Shown here piece by piece: positions 61,837 through 64,000 of a stretch of DNA of 64,000 nt. A program made the translations under genes and the position numbers. Positions within the stretch are counted from its first letter, which is position 1; every line of letters begins with the position of its first letter. The stretch is from Trichosphaerium sp. ATCC 40318 (taxonomy: Eukaryota > Protista > Tubulinea): assembly GCA_038496445.1 (NCBI GenBank), contig JALMLS010000277.1, positions 310,001-374,000 of the forward strand, written 5' to 3'. The notes below the pieces were generated by a model. That model made no database searches and was not told where the DNA came from. It was given only the letters and a program-made list of their open reading frames with translations.

Positions 61837-64000
61837 TTAGAATTTCCAATCTGGATCAGCTTCCAACTCTCCAACTGCCTAGAGGAAAAAAGCTGATTAG
61901 TATACAACACATAAACAAAACGAACAAAAAAACAAAAAGAACAACAACAAGACACCAGTGACACGTGCCAAACAACAATGTTTCAAAAAAAAAAAAAAAA
62001 AAGCAACTTACCCAGTTAAATTTCTCTCTTGTCGTTTTAGGAAATACATGCTTGATTTCGAGTCCAGCGCGTTTACACCATGCAATAACAATACGTGGAT
62101 CAATGTAATTGAGCTTAGATGTTCCAAGAGCAACAGTCTTCAAATCATCCTATAAGACACAGTAGTGTAAGCAAACAACAAAGACTTCGATGAATGGATT
62201 TTTTTTTTACCTTTTGAAGTTTATCAATCTTTAGAGTATTCTTCTTCTTCAACGCTTGTTTTATCTTCCTATCTACTGCTTCTACAGAATTACCCAATGG
62301 TTTAGCTTTGCCATTAACCATATAAACCTCTGGTGTCTCTCCATTGGCCAAAGCCTTTTTACGTTTCTTCAAAACGACAAGCAACTCATCGACATCTCTT
62401 ATCTTTTTTCGAAAAAAAAAAAGTCAGGAGAGTTAAACATACTACAACATCACGTGATATCAAAATTTTCATATAAAGTGCTTACCTTAATATCAATCTT
62501 TTCGATAGTAGCATCATGAGTCTTTGATACTGAACGTTGATGGTTACAAAGTATAGCAACTGTCTTATTTGCTTTGTTGAAAAATGCCTTCTTTTCAGCA
62601 GTAGAAATATCATTATCGTCTGTATCCCATTTTGCTAATTCTTTCTCCATAGTATAGCTAGCATTATATGTACGGAATACTTTAGCAGATAATCCATTCA
62701 TATAAGACTTCAAGTGCTTATTCAATGAGGTAGTCTACGAAAAAAAAAAACTTAACAAAAAGCGGTTATGTTAAGTGAGCTTTCAGTACGTACAGTGATT
62801 TGATCAAAGATATTTTCTGTAGGAGCTTTTCCGTCCATAAATAGTTCAAAATTCTTGTATATCTTTGCAGGCACCTAAAACACAAAATCCAGTCAATACA
62901 AAAAACTCACCATCACCTCAAATTCAACGACATGTCTTTTCTGACCAAAAACTCAAAAAAAAACCCAAAAATCAAAAGGTGACAGGAGTATCACAAAAAT
63001 TTAAATTCGCTCAAAGTGTCTTCACGTACCTTGACAGTGTTCTCATAACGCATAGAATCCTTACCAAGAAAGTCAAATTTCAAACTTGAATCTTCAACAT
63101 TTTCGACATGCTCAACACGAAGAGAACAACAACCGACAGTATCAGCCTCATCATTACGATTCTTTTCATTACCAACACGAAGAGCTAACTTATCAATAGT
63201 CCACATAGCAGTAGCACGTTGTCTAATTGGAGTAGCCTTGCTTGATAATTCTTTAGTATAATCAGCTCTAATACCTCCAATCATATCCTATAACAAACCG
63301 TCAGTCAATATATTACAAATGTAACAAAAGAAAAAAAACAAATCTCATAAAAACTTGCAATACCTACCTTTAGTTTACGGACAATTTCGAACTTGGATCT
63401 ATCAGACTTTCCTCTGATTGAAGATTGAGCAGCAAATTGTACATATTTATGATCATTGTTGATATTTTCTTTCCAACAAGCTATCCACGTAACTTCTGGG
63501 TTGTGAATAATAGGTCCCCAAGAATGTCCAGGGACAGGGCAAGGAGGTACTTTAGCTCCTTTTGATAAGTTCAATGATATTTGCTCTGGCATTACACGTT
63601 TCTTTAACTTGCCAGCTTTAGGATGGTTACCTATGAAACAAGTCAGTACGATACAATCGAAGAAAACAAAAGTTGAGATGAGTTTCTGGGGTTTTTTTGG
63701 TTTTTGATCAAAAAACGAGCTTTAAGTTTGTTTTCTCGTGTGTAAGTACGTACCACGTCCAAGGAAAAGACCTGGTGGTTCTACTGTGAAGTTACCAAGA
63801 GCTTCACGCTTACCATCCAAGATTGCGTAACCAAACTTCTTTTTAAGTTCTGCTTTTTTGTTTTTCTCAATATCCTTCTCAGCCTTTGTTCTGTTTTTAC
63901 GGATTTGCTTTTGCTCCTCAAGGTACGTATTGATTGCTGTAAAATCGCACTTATCGAATTCTTGAATCAAATGCTAGAAAAATACTTAACAGATACACCT
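61837..64000 (-). CDS. TOP1: DNA topoisomerase IB, 5' end outside window
   Basis: [61 protein letters not shown], catalytic [11 protein letters not shown]. Confidence 0.98.

Noticed and set aside
1-64000. Prokaryotic operon, CRISPR array or phage interpretation
   Set aside because: Spliceosomal introns and eukaryote-specific genes (ELMO, WDR24, BRE) throughout; no regularly spaced direct repeats seen
58665-64000. Functional DNA-repair cluster of UNG and TOP1
   Set aside because: Two adjacent housekeeping genes in a compact genome; no evidence of co-regulation in the sequence

Overview
AT-rich, gene-dense eukaryotic (protist-type, plausibly amoeboid) nuclear DNA. It has many short (~30-150 nt) spliceosomal introns, so the supplied ORF track is fragmented; I rebuilt gene models by eye across GT/GC-AG junctions, and their ends are approximate. 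About 28 protein-coding genes are present. Confident calls: a thioester protein/alpha-2-macroglobulin (5' truncated), COQ7, BRE/BABAM2, WDR24, a PAK/STE20 kinase, GST, ELMO, a heme-less sulfite oxidase-family enzyme, cytochrome b5, UNG, TOP1 (5' truncated), GT8 and GT61 glycosyltransferases, and a PCMT-like methyltransferase. Unusual items: an intronless minimal DEG/ENaC-like channel, a PH-TNFAIP8(TIPE) fusion, a PH-peroxiredoxin-like-RapGAP fusion, several bacterial-looking genes, and intergenic gaps packed with + strand RNA hairpins that look like H/ACA snoRNA clusters, including a U17/snR30 candidate. No rRNA, tRNA, CRISPR array or autonomous mobile element was recognised. All family assignments come from motif recognition, not database searches.
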